NCBI RefSeq assembly: GCF_009834535.1
Contig: NC_045696.1
Coordinates: forward strand, 97,900,001 to 97,964,000
From: Camelus ferus
Lineage: Eukaryota
DNA: 64,000 nt
Reading direction: 5' to 3'
This document shows positions 26,931-40,325 of the stretch, one piece after another; the first letter of the stretch is position 1; each line of letters opens with the position of its first letter. A program made the position numbers and the translations under genes. The notes beneath the pieces are model-generated. The model did no database searches. It was not told the DNA's origin and was given only the letters and a program-made list of their open reading frames with translations.

Positions 26931-27164
26931 CTCTGGGTGGCTTTTCATTTCATTTCTGTACATGTCAAGATCTCCCATTTTCAAAGCCATTGCTGCTTTG
27001 GTCAATGTCACTAAGATCAGTGAAAACCCAGAAGTATCCAGCTTCCTTAAATAGCTGATGGCAGTTAAAGGATCAATATTCTTCATAGAAGGACTACAGA
27101 GAATATGGGGCAGTTGCTTTGGCTCAGCCACGTGAAACATCTGAACCACTTTTGCTGCTAATTC
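26931..27164 (-). CDS. HPS3: HPS3 exon 11
   Basis: ataaag|GAA...AGAG|gtacgg, 234 nt. Encodes [25 protein letters not shown]...MKSHPE. Confidence 0.95.
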
Positions 27165-28066
27165 CTTTATGAACACAAATGAGAAACTGAAGGTCAGTCA
27201 GCCAATAGAAAGCAACAAAATCAATCAGCAAAAAAAAAAAAAAAAAAAAGATAAAAATCAAGATACAAACATTCCAATTAAGGTAACAGTATAGTATAGT
27301 ATTATGTCCTGATTTAAAAGGAGAGTTGATGGTGATAAAGTGGGAGATCTGAGATGACTCAAAATGAACTCTTTACTGAGTTATGTTGAAGGAAAAGCAG
27401 GGAAAGTGTGTACCAAGTCATGGTCAGCATTTCTAATCTTAACAAGAGTTCTGAAGAAGGAAAAAAGATAACTAGATTAAAGTACACTTAATAGGCCATT
27501 ATAAAAAATTACAGCTTAGTACAAAATATACTCAATGAGGTAATTTAGAAGAGAAAATTTCATTTCTCCCAATAGCTTAAAACATTTGGTATCACAACAC
27601 CCAACTTTGCATATTTGCATTCAACTCTTTAAAAATGCATGAGGGGCAAAAAAATACTCCTTAATCATGTCTGAAGGTCTCTAGGCCATGATTTCATAAG
27701 GGAAGCTTTGGACACCTGGAGACTGGGGCAACTAGGGTTGTGAAAAGGGCTGTGGATGAGAAGAAGGCGGGCAAGGCCCAGGTTCTGTGTCATTCTCCTG
27801 AAGACAGGCCACTGTCACACTGGGCAGGTCACTCAACCACAATGGACCACATCCCCTTGTCTATATGATGAAAAAGTATAAGAAGATACTACAAGTTCTT
27901 TTCTAGGCTATAATTCTATGACTGTTATTAATGAAGAAAAGGGCACAATAGTTACCTTGTTTAGAAAAAGAAGAATACCAAAGGAAAATGCTTGGAACTT
28001 GATTTGTAAGCAGAATTACATAAAATAAATTGCTAAAACAAAAATTTTAAATATTAGATATAACTA

Positions 28067-28366
<300 letters not shown>

Positions 28367-29105
28367 TTAATCTCAAAATACTTTTCCACTGCAATTAGGA
28401 GTTGGAACAAGCTCCTGAGTTTTATTTTACAAAATCATTCTAATTAATGTAGTTTCTTTTGGCTGCTCATAATAAAAACAGAAAAACAACTCATAAGGTG
28501 ATTTTAATATTCATAACATGGCGCTTAAATAATGATGTTTATAAGTAGGAAAAGTCTTTTAATTTATAATGATTCCTATGGGTCAAGTTAAGCCTTTGAA
28601 ACAATCATATACCAAAAAATTATAAAGATCATTCTCAAGAATAAAAACCACTATTCAACCTAGTGTCCTTTTCTGACATCATAAAAGCATTGACTACTAA
28701 GATTAAAATCACAGACTGTCCAAATGGTGCCTCTTCCTTAAAGCTAACAGGCTAATTAGGAATAAGGTTGTCTCAGGGATTTTTAACTGGTCATGCCCCA
28801 CCCCCACCCAAAGGCCTGAAAAGAAGCTAAATTAACTGGTGGGAGACTCATGAGGCTGAGACTCACTGCTCATCCAGTGAACTCTAAGTCCTTGAAGGCA
28901 GGGAACAGGTCACGGTCATCTTTGTATCTTTAAGCTTAGCACACACAGTACCTGGCACACAGAATGTGCTCAACAAATGCTTGTGAAATAAATGAATAAA
29001 TGAACCACCACCCTTATCAGGTAACTACCAGAGATGGAAAAGTCAGTAAGTACACCTGAAGCTCAGGATGGCTTCTCTAACAAGTTTCCAAGCAGCATCA
29101 CCAAC

Positions 29106-29288
29106 CTGCTGTAGCAGTCTCCAAGGTGCCCACAGCTTTCCCTAAATGCTTCTAAAAGCTCCGCTTTCTCTCCCGGTTCCATCTGACTGGTATCCATCAG
29201 GGCCGCTCTCAGTAACAGGTGAGCCTCGCTGAGAAGGTGGATGCAGCTCTGGGTTTTCGCAGTCCTTGTAGGTATTACTGTAGTCTAT
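29106..29288 (-). CDS. HPS3: HPS3 exon 9 (contains an apparent +1 insertion; in-frame alternative start at 29284)
   Basis: Homologous peptide IDYSNTYK / [24 protein letters not shown]...GHLGDCYS is split across two frames. The exon is 183 nt from the usual acceptor, but flanking phases (0 to 2) need 3n+2. Confidence 0.9.
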
Positions 29289-29869
29289 CTAACACAAAAA
29301 AGGCAAGCAGCTAATGTTGCTGCAGAAAGGCTCCCCAAAGTTTCCGAATTCTTAAGAATACCTATATATTTTGTGAGTGAAGTTAATCCTTAAACAGATT
29401 AAATCTTAAAAAAATAAAATATTTATCATTCTGATAAGGCCTAGCTGAAGCGGTTTTCTTTTCCCCACAATGTATGAGCCAGTTTAATACATACATGATT
29501 GTAAATATTCTCTTGTTCAACAGCACATTAGAGAAGATACAAGTAACACTGTAATACTAATAAAACTGTTAACTTAGCAATAATTAAATCACAGTTTGAT
29601 CAGGTGAGTGAACATATCTGAAACAGTTAATTTTGTTTAAAGTTCTGTTTAAATCTTTCTCAAATTCAGACCGAGTATCCTTCCTTTATCTTAGTTTCAT
29701 CTGGTGAATTTAGGTTCTACTACATCTATTTTTATAACTCACAGTGGGCTTATAAATATTATCACCAGCTAATGTGAGTTGATCAGTATTTTTAGCCTCC
29801 AGTAGGCAAATCATCAAGATGAAGCCTAGGACTTTCAGTTAAGCAAGACTAAAAGGACAGGATGAAGCT

Positions 29870-31020
29870 GATATAATTATCAGCATTAAAACGCAAGGGA
29901 CAAATCAGGCAAACCTTGACCTGATGACCAAGATTAACATCACCAGGGAGGGGCACATGAATATTATGCACATCCCAGTGTGATACCTCAAAAGAGACAC
30001 AACGTCACCTACACAATGTTCTGGCCAAGAAAAAGAATACATAAACTGAATCTAATCATGAAAAATAAAATTAAAAAAATAAATTTTTTAAAGGTGGAGG
30101 GGGACAAATATTTTTCAAAAAAGTCTATGCATGCTATAAAACAAAGCAGAATCTAAAAAATAAAACTAGTGACTATAACAAAAAAGAAACAGACAGATGC
30201 AGAGAACAAACTATTATGTATAAAATAAATAAGCTGCAAGGATATATTGTACAACACAGGAAACACAGACAATATTTTACAATAACTATAAATGGAGTAT
30301 AGCATTTAAAAATTGTGCATCACTATATTGTATACCTATAACTTACATAATATTGTACATCAACTGTCTCAATTTAAAAAAAGAGAAAAGAAAAAAATTT
30401 TTTAAATGAAATAAAGAAAGGCTCTGGATTAAAAGAGGCTAAAGAGACATGACAGTTAAATACACTACCTGATGCTAGACTGGACCCCGGACCAGAGATG
30501 GGGAAATGCTGCTAGGCCATTACTGGGTAACTGACAAAACTGAAATATGAACCATGGACTAGATGAAGTATTATGTCAACGTTAAATTCTCTGAAGCATA
30601 TGACTGCACTGTGGTTCTGTAAGCAAATATCCTAATTCTTGGGAAACATGTACTGAAGTATTTAGAGGCATTAGGCAATTATGCAATTTATCCTTCCAAC
30701 AGGTCAGGGAAAAAAACGTGTTTGTGTGCGCACATTTGGAAAGTGCAAGAGTGAAAAAAGAGGTGGGGGGAGGGTGTAGCTCAGTGGTAGTGTGTACTTA
30801 GCATGCACAAGGTCCTGGGTTCAATCCCGAGTACCTCCATTAAATAAAAAAATTAAATTAAAATTTAAAAAAAAAGAGAGTGAGAGAAGCAAAAGGGGTA
30901 TAATGTTGACTATGGGTCAATCTGTGTGGGGAATATATAGGTTTTATTTTTACTATTCTGATTTTTGCAATTTTTCTGTAGGTTTGAAATTATTTCAAAA
31001 TAAAGAGTTTATAAAAATTG
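29870..31020 (+). mobile_element. Cluster of old L1M fragments with a younger L1 3' end (about 30140-30400) and a SINE inserted
   Basis: L1-like motifs such as GGATATATTGTACAACACAGG...TATAAATGGAGTATA and CTGTAGGTTTGAAATTATTTCAAAATAAA; boundaries approximate. Confidence 0.6.
30765..30874 (+). mobile_element. tRNA-derived SINE (camelid type)
   Basis: GGGGGAGGGTGTAGCTCAGTGGTAG...GGTCCTGGGTTCAATCCC...A-rich tail. Confidence 0.85.
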
Positions 31021-31474
31021 TCAGGGTTAAGCAGGCAGTTGTCACTCTGGGAAAAGGAGTAAGGATGCCCATGGGACAATGCTGCAGTGCCCCAGGACCA
31101 TCTGCTGATACTTCAAAGAAGAGTGAGACGGGGACATATGATCTAAGATTTCTTTCAGCTCCATTTCATGGTTCTCTTTGCTAGAATTCAAAGTAACAGT
31201 CAAAGGCTATTTATATTTAGACTGGCTAATCAATTCTCATAGGAGAGTAGGTATGAATAAGGGAGTTTTATTTTAGTGAAGGGAATTTCTCCTGGCTCCT
31301 CAAAGGTCAGAAGCTGTGAAAATAAGAAGGTGAAGATACGCACACCTCTGTCAGACAGAGCCTGGAAGCCGGCTGGCTGTGGCATTCTGAATGTACGATC
31401 ATTAGAATCAATTTCCAGTCATCAATTAGACTCTAAACTTCTACAAATAAGAATTAGAAGTCTGAAAGGAGTAC

Positions 31475-31583
31475 CATTTCTTTGTACAGTTGCACTGGTG
31501 AGATCGTATTCACAATATACAAATTCCACCCAGCCTCAGCTACAGGAGGTGCTTTGAGGTTAACACTGGTCCCTTTTCTAGAA
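31475..31583 (-). CDS. HPS3: HPS3 exon 8
   Basis: ttttag|T...AATG|gtactc, 109 nt, ends in phase 0. Encodes [36 protein letters not shown]. Confidence 0.95.
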
Positions 31584-33103
31584 CTAAAAGCAAAACAGAG
31601 CACAGGAATTGTAGGGTAAGACATATTATCAATAAATGGCAATTTTAAATGGTAAGTATCAGTTACCTAAAATATTATAACTATGATATCATTTTCATTT
31701 AATATTTTCTTTGATGGCTACACAGTAGATTTTTTACAGAACATCAGTTCACAATACTCTGTAGGCTTATAGCATTTAATATACTATACTGTCATGGACT
31801 GATCAATCAATCACTTCCAATACATTCTTTAAGTATTCTTAAATGGGCAGTAAGCTCACAGAACAGGCAAGACTTCTCAGAAGGAAGAGAAACTTGGCTG
31901 TGAAAGTCCCTGTGCCCAAGCTCTGTCCAGCATGGGGCCTTCCTGAGTCCAGCATGCCCTATACTACAGATCAAACCAGAAGCCCAACAGAGCAACAAGC
32001 AAAAGACTCATGGCTGCTGGCAAAATGCAGAAGACAGAACTCTAAGTCTGCTTAAAGCATCATCTCATCTCTTGCTTTCACTATGTGATGCATTTTCTGT
32101 AGTATACAATCTTCTAAAAATGTAGACCTTTGACCAAATGAAGTTTCAAATAAATTAGAATTTTTTTAATCATTTAGAAAAATACAATACTTTTTAAGAT
32201 GTCAAATGTGCGAGATTACAAGTTGTTTTTCCTCTCGCCAGAGAGCTTTCAGGATCAGTCAGTCTCAGACCACTTAGTGCACACTCTAAATGACCAGTTA
32301 CCCAAGTCAACCTGGTTATTCCTGTTGGTGGAACAAAGCACAGGCACAAATAATTTGAAAAAGAAGAAACTTATGTTAAAAATTAAAACCGATGTTCGAC
32401 TTGAAATATACTCTTCCCCTAAAACAGATTTCTTTCCTGATAAAATTTTTCACAGAGGATGTTCATATTAGATTGCATTCCCTACCACTAAATTCACAGT
32501 ACAGAAAACATCAAACAGAAGTGTAATTAGCATAGCTGGAATTAAGCATTCTATTCCAAACAATATGAAAGCAGAAAACCAAAGAGTCAACCGGAAATTA
32601 GCATTACTAAAATGCAATTTTAAGGTAGATTAACACATATCTATACACTATGAAGGTGCTTTAAGGTAAGAAATGCATTCCTAATTTCTTTTGAATTGAA
32701 ATACCAGAAAATAATTTTTGGATAAAAATGTAACCACTGGAAGATCAAAGAAGAAAAATAATAAAGAGTCTTGTAGTTTGGATTAGAATAAAAGGCTCTG
32801 CCTTACTCATTAATTACACAAAAAAACACGTCCTTCAACTTCTTATCTAAAATACCACAGATTTTTATTGAAACTACTTTACAATTCATTTCTTTCTAAA
32901 AGTTCAAAGTCAACTATAAAAGACATGATAGAGATCATTAGAACCTTTTCTTACTCTGTAAAAAGAACACCATAGAAAAGCCATCTGATCACTCCAAGTT
33001 TTGATTTAGAAGAAGATAAGCTAAGATGTATGCAAAATATACCAGTAAATAATTCATTCCAGAAGCTCTGGCGGGAATGTCTGAGGGGGTGAGGGGATGC
33101 TTA

Positions 33104-33259
<156 letters not shown>

Positions 33260-35671
33260 CTAGTGAAAAAACAAACAAACACAAATTAAGCCAAGAAATA
33301 AAGTACATGAACTCTGATCTCCAAAAGCTAATGTATTTGATACAATTTCTCCTTTCCCCCCAACCTCCTCCCCCCACTCCCCTGCCAAAAGCAATCCAAA
33401 TTTCTATTCTCATCAGAGCAAGGAGGTTACCCTATCTAAACATATAACTAACTATTTCATGTGTGTCTGACAAAGCTACTCAGCACTTGCTGACTTGATA
33501 AATGCAGACAGCCGGTGCTCCGGAGGCCCCTCACAGCCGTGGGAACTCCCGCACGTGCCCTCCAGAGCAGCTCCAGGAGCCCAGCCGGGCGCTGGTTACC
33601 TGCCACCCAGAGGATTCCCCACCAACAGCAGACTGGCTCAGGGTACGTCCAAATGGGGCTTCTAGGCAAAATCAGACACTATAAAAGGATATTCCACTGC
33701 ATATAAAATGTTTCCTAGTGGATGGGTGTGTACGATAGAAATGCTTGCGTGTTCAGATGGCCCTTATTAGCTCTGTAGGTATGAACACTACCTAGAATGG
33801 CTGACAGGCTGGGGTGTGTCAGGTAACCCGGAGGAAACCCTGGACCAGGAGCCAGGCTCCTGTCCTTATCAGGAACCATTCATTCAAGTAGAATGGATAA
33901 GAAAGATCATGGAAGAGCTCTTTCTGGGACTCACAAAATGATGTGGCGAGGCCTCCCCACCTCCTCCATTAATGCCTTTTGGATTCTGAGGTCATTTTCA
34001 TCGTCCCCTTTATACTAAGTGCTTGGGGGAAACACCTGTTTATTTTTTCATTCCTAAGAGAATGGTTAATGTGGCCTTGGGTACGCTGAGGCAGAATCTC
34101 AGAGGAAAGGGAAATAAAGACCACATGCCCTTTGAACCTGTCTCTGAGGTTGTGAAATCTTTCTCAGACACCACAGCTCCCAAGCCTGAGTCAGCAAGGG
34201 AGTAAAATGACAGCCTGCTCATTCAGGGGCATCTAGGACTTCAGAACGGTGGCGCCTCAGGGAAGGGGGGGCCAGGAGGTGTAACCACCCCTGTCCTCCG
34301 CTCTGCTGCCTTCAGGAGGACAGGCCACAAAAGCAGCGTCCCTCACCAGCTCTTGTCTCTCCTCTTGTCTCCCTTCTTCTCTTCCTTCCTTCTGTTTTTA
34401 TGAGTCTCTGAGAAGACCTGGAATTATGATTTATTTTCAAATGCAGACTGATCCTACCTCAATCTGTTCTGCACCCCTCACTCCACCATCACTACCTTGA
34501 CAAGCCTATGTCTCCCTGAGGTTTAAAACAAAAAACAAGGCAAGATGGGGTGGAGGGGAAGAAGCGAGAGACAAGGAATCTGCCACCTTTCCATTTTAAC
34601 TAGGGACGTCATCCTTATTTTTAAAATAATCTCTTGAAAAGGCTATGTGTGTATGTGTGTTAAACACAGACAGAAAGGCACGAGAGGGCTGTGATTCTGG
34701 TCTCTTCTCTCAAGCGGCTGAAGGTAAGTGGTGGGCTGTAAGCCTGGTCAGCAGCAGAAAGTTACAGGCAGGCCACAGCAAGAGAGAGAACTCAGATCAC
34801 GATAAAACGCTATTACATACCACGATTTGGGCAACAGTGATCAGACACAGTGAGCACTAAACAGGGTCTGGCTTGTTAATGTAACCATCATCACTGAACA
34901 CATGTTTTTCCAGAAAAAGGCATTCCAGCTGCCAGATGGACATAAACTAACTTGTGAAATATAGGCCATCATAATTTGGGGGTTCCCTGAAGCATGTATG
35001 TTCATAACAAACATCCACTCAAATAGCCTATGCTTCAGAGGTAAAATTGCACATGATGAACAGGATGCAAATCATCAGTGTATTTCTGAGAAATTCAAGG
35101 TCATAACAGAGAATTTCAGCATAAAATTGCCTCAGTCTATTTTTGTGGTCAAGAGCTTTTCAGAAACTAAGCATATTACTTCTCATTAAAAATGAGGGTT
35201 ACAGATCCAGCAGATCCATTAACACTAGATCAAAACTACGGAAATACAGAAAGTTGTTGAAGTCTTTAAAATGACAAAAGAATTATAGGCGTATCTGACA
35301 ATAGTGTAAATAAATCATTTTAATACACTCTATTCAATTTTGTGCTCTTGAATAAACTGATTTCTGTACTGTTTTGTTAACAGCTCTATACACTTGCCAC
35401 CAATATTTCCATTAAAAGAGAATAAAATTGTAGTATACTATAGTTGTGAAGTGCTCTGAAGTTAAACACTATACATTTTCTTCACCAAACTGTAAAACTA
35501 TGCACTATACCTAAATTGTGGGTGAAATGTTTTCCCAGGAATCTTAAAAACTGTTATCTAAACCATGAATCACAAAATGCTTACTATTTTACATCCAAAG
35601 ATTCTAACTGAACAAACAAGACTTTAATGATTGCCAAGCTTAGATCCAATGAGGAAATTTGCAAGCATTCA

Positions 35672-35872
<201 letters not shown>

Positions 35873-38800
35873 TCACAGGAGAACAGAGCGACGGCGGGGC
35901 TGGGGGACGACCCAAGTACTTATCAAATGCTGACAAGTCATACTGCTTAACTAGAAGAGCAGCTCAGACCCCCTTGGAGCAGTTTTTCACATACATAACT
36001 GGTCCCCACCTCACCCCTACCAAATCATAATCTCCAGGGGCTGAATCTAGATAAGTATATTCCACAAAGCTTCATGTGTGGCTGTGAGGTACACTCCTAG
36101 TTAAGAACCATGAATCTGGGTCAACACCCTCATTTTATAGACAAAACGATTCCCCCAGGATCCCAAAGTACAGACAGGTGACAATCAAAGCCAAGATTAG
36201 AACCCAAGTTTCCTGATTATTATTATCTCTATCCCACTCATTTTAGGATGAAATGGAGCCTGGATTATGCTGGCAACACGCTTAGATTACACAAACCCAA
36301 ATCCAATGGTAGAAGGGGAAATCAGAGACTGTCTGAAGGAATCCTTAGAATTACCTAGTCCAGCAGCTTGCTGTAAAGATTAGGGCCTGCAAGGTACATG
36401 ACTGGTCCAAATCCTCTCTGCAGAGTGGAGCCAAATTAGACCCCAGGTCTCCTCACTCCTCACCCTCCTCTAGCTTTTTCCACAAGTCCAGGCTGCTTCT
36501 GCACAGTAAAACAACCTGGGGACCCCACAGTAAGTGCTCCAATAGACACCTGGAGACTAGTAGATAAGTCAGCACTCCAAGATTGACATTAAAAACCGTC
36601 AATGGTTAACTTAGCTACAAAACCTATCTCGTCATGGGTTCCCAGGAATGATTTTTAAAACAAATTAGACAGGGAGAGAAGTAAAAATGAACTCCATTGA
36701 CATTAAAAAACAAATGAAAGACTAAAGCAAACCTAACAATGATCTTCAAATAGAAAAAAATACTTCTTTAACAAGAGAGGCATTCTGACATTTTCAATGT
36801 TGCAAGACCCTGCACAGGACTATCCATCTGTTTATTAGGGCTTCAACTTCAGCCTCAGCCCACGGGGGTCTCTGTCCATGTCCGCATTGTTCTAGGACAT
36901 GACCTCTGGAGTCATGACAACAGCTGGGATGGTAGCACCATTGCTTACAAATCTAGAGTAGAGAGTTAGGACCCTCAGGAAGTAAAATAAACAGAAGGGA
37001 CTCTGTGATAGTGGGGACCATAAAAAGCACCTGCAGGGTCCAGAATGACAGGTCAGAGTAGCTATGACCACAAAGATGAATGAATGACCTTTAGGTTCTA
37101 GAGATAAAAAGGCTGGGTCCTCTGACTCAGCTCCACCAACAATAATCCAGCTGTTGGCTACTGCTGGAATACTTAGCAGCAGTATAAGCAAAGAATGGAG
37201 TAAACTGAAGTGCATTGGCTTGGAAAGACGTCCAGGATCTGCTGCTAAGTGAAGCAGCAAGGTACTGAACAGTGGACATCATATGATCCACTTCTGTGAA
37301 AAACAAATCATAGTAGTACATGTATTCTTTAAAAAAAATAGTTGGATGAATATAGACCAATTTGTGACACGATGCACTCTGAGAAGGAAGACTGTGGGAT
37401 GCTTTCTCATTTTTGAGTATTTATAAGGATAACATTTCTCATGATTTTATATGAACTCTGGAGATTATGATTTGGTAGGGGTGAGGTGGGAACCAGTTAT
37501 GTACGTGAAAAACTGCTCCAAGGGGGTCTGAGCTACTCTTCTAGTTAGGAAGTTCTTTAAAAAAAAACTCTATTGCCTTTTTTTTTAGGGTCTATAAATA
37601 CGCCACTCTTTAAGAAAATTTTCAAGACAAATTTATGGATCAAGATATTTCTAAAATATGTATCTATTGGGTAAAATAAAAAATATGTTAAAATGCATTC
37701 AACAATATAGAGTTTAAAATAGAGGGGTGGGATTCTTATTAAGAATCTGAATTCATATATAACAACTACTCTTCTAATGTCTAATGCTTCTATAGTTAGG
37801 TTAATGATACCAAAGTATCTCTCGGTGCTGATGTTAAGAAAAGCTTCAATAATTTCCTACCTGGAAACAGGCAAAACCCACATATTTTAAGTCCCTTTAA
37901 GTCCTCATAATACTATATTTTCAGGACCCTATATCATTCCTGTTATCCCATCAGACGCCAAGTTTTATAATTCTCTTGTTGAAGCCTCTCCCATCCCCGC
38001 TTCCTTCTCTCGTCACTGCTACTGCCCTGCCCACTCACTACTCTTACTGAACCATCCCAATAACTTATAATCTATGTTCAAACCATCCTCCATATTGGCC
38101 AACATTCGTTTTCCTAAAGCAGGGCTCTCATCACATCACTTTCTTTGGTTAAAACCTTAAACAAATCTTTAGTTTAATTTCCAAAGCCCTGAGCTCTCTC
38201 TCAAGCATTATTTGCCACACTTCTCTATGTTGAAACATAGCTCCTTTATATGTAATAAAGAACATCACTATACAACACTTTGGAAATTGAAAAGACTAGT
38301 TACCTCCACACTGTTCGGTTAAGAAACACACAATAGCATTTTTCCCTACACCAAAGAGCGGGAAGAGAGGGGAGCACCCCGACTGGGAGTGGGCGTCAGA
38401 ATCTCCAGGTGGGTCCTGTGCTCTGTGAAGTATACTTCAGCACCTGCTGGAGATTCTGATACTACCACTCAGTTGAAGAAAAAAAATCACTGTCCTATGC
38501 AGTTTATACTGGATGCTCCTGCAAACCTGGACATAGCTTTGTTTAGTTTTCCCTCTAGCTGTAATGCCCTTCTCTTCCAATCTGTCAAATTCTAACTAGC
38601 TTTCAGGCCTCAGTTCAAACACAAAAAACTTTCCTCTGTGACTCAGCCAGAAGTAATTTCCCTCCTCCCATAGCCTACGCCACTTTCACAAAGTCTTAAG
38701 ACATTTTTCACAAATCTCCCAGTGTCTGTGGCCCTTGTATGTGTCTCCAGCCCTCTCTTGTGTTGTTGCTTCAGAAAGCAGATGTTGTGCCTTATTCATG

Positions 38801-39458
38801 GTTGGCTGGCCAGAGGGCTCAATGCAGCGCCTTGCACGTACTTGAAACTCAAAAAACAGGAAATAAAACCACAAGCATCATTTACTGCTGAGATAAAAGG
38901 AAATGAGATTAGAGTCCCACTTAGGAACCCAGTTCACATGCCAGCTTACTAGGGTAAGGCAACTCGGAAGACATCGGCTACCAATTAGCCACATGACCTT
39001 GACCAATCCCAGCCTCTGGACTCCTTCCCCATCTGCGCTACTCAGAGGGGGGAATCAGTGGTCTTTCTAACCTCTTCACAGTTCTAACCCATCATGAAGT
39101 AACTCAATGCATACAGGATATGATAGCAGTGGGAAAAAAAAATTAGGAAATCTAAAAAGAAATCTAAAGAGATGCCCCAACTGGCCTCACTGACTTTCAT
39201 TAGAATTTCCTATGAAAATTTTCCCTCAGAAGAATCTTATACTTCCTTAGAAAGATTTCCATCCAGTCTAAGAAAATAAAACAAAGGCAAAACCAGAATC
39301 TGAATCTCTGACATTGGAAAAGCAGGTATGGGCCATTAAAAAAAAAAAAAGATGCATATCATTAATTTACAGCACTACACACTGATTCACATAATTCTCA
39401 TTTAAAGATTTAGAAGGTACCTCAAGAATTTACAGAAAAATAAGTGACTCAAAGACTA

Positions 39459-39731
<273 letters not shown>

Positions 39732-40023
39732 TCAGTGTTTTGACTTCTATGCAAAAAAAAAGTCTATAAACGGGTAACTGAAGAGCTGCTTAGGGGAAGC
39801 TGCTCTTTATAGAAGAATGCCAGTAAGAAATGAAAATGGAGTGATATAAGTAGAACATTTTGAAACTTCTAATACGTTAACAGATGTAAGTAACAATTAT
39901 CAATGTTTCTTAACATCACAAAAAGAGCCAACGTTCTGAAAGAACTCAACACTACTTGTGTTACCAAAAAAAAACAAAAACATGACCATCATCATCTCAT
40001 TATCTGATAAAACCTATCTAGAT

Positions 40024-40325
40024 CAGCACTGTCAATAGAAATATGTGAGCCACATACGTAATATAGAGTTTTCTAGTAACCACTTTTTATAAAGTAAAAA
40101 GCAGGCAAAATTTAAAAAATATGTTGTATTAATCTAACATATCCAAAATGTTATCATTTCAACCAGCAATAAAAAAAATTAACGAGACTTTTTTTTTTTG
40201 CCGTACTAAATCTTTAAGGTCTAGTGTGAATTTTATATTTATAGTATATCTCCATTTAGACTAGTCACATCTCAAAGTGCTCAGCAGCAACTTGTGACAA
40301 ATGACTACCATCCTGAACAGTGCAG
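40024..40325. mobile_element. MER33/Charlie-like DNA transposon fossil
   Basis: CAGCACTGTCAATAGAAATAT...TTTTCTAGTAACCAC...CTAGTCACATCTCAAAGTGCTCA...ACAGTGCAG. Confidence 0.55.

Noticed and set aside
30765..30840. tRNA-like sequences with A and B boxes
   Set aside because: They have A tails or TSDs and no full cloverleaf, so they are SINEs rather than tRNA genes.
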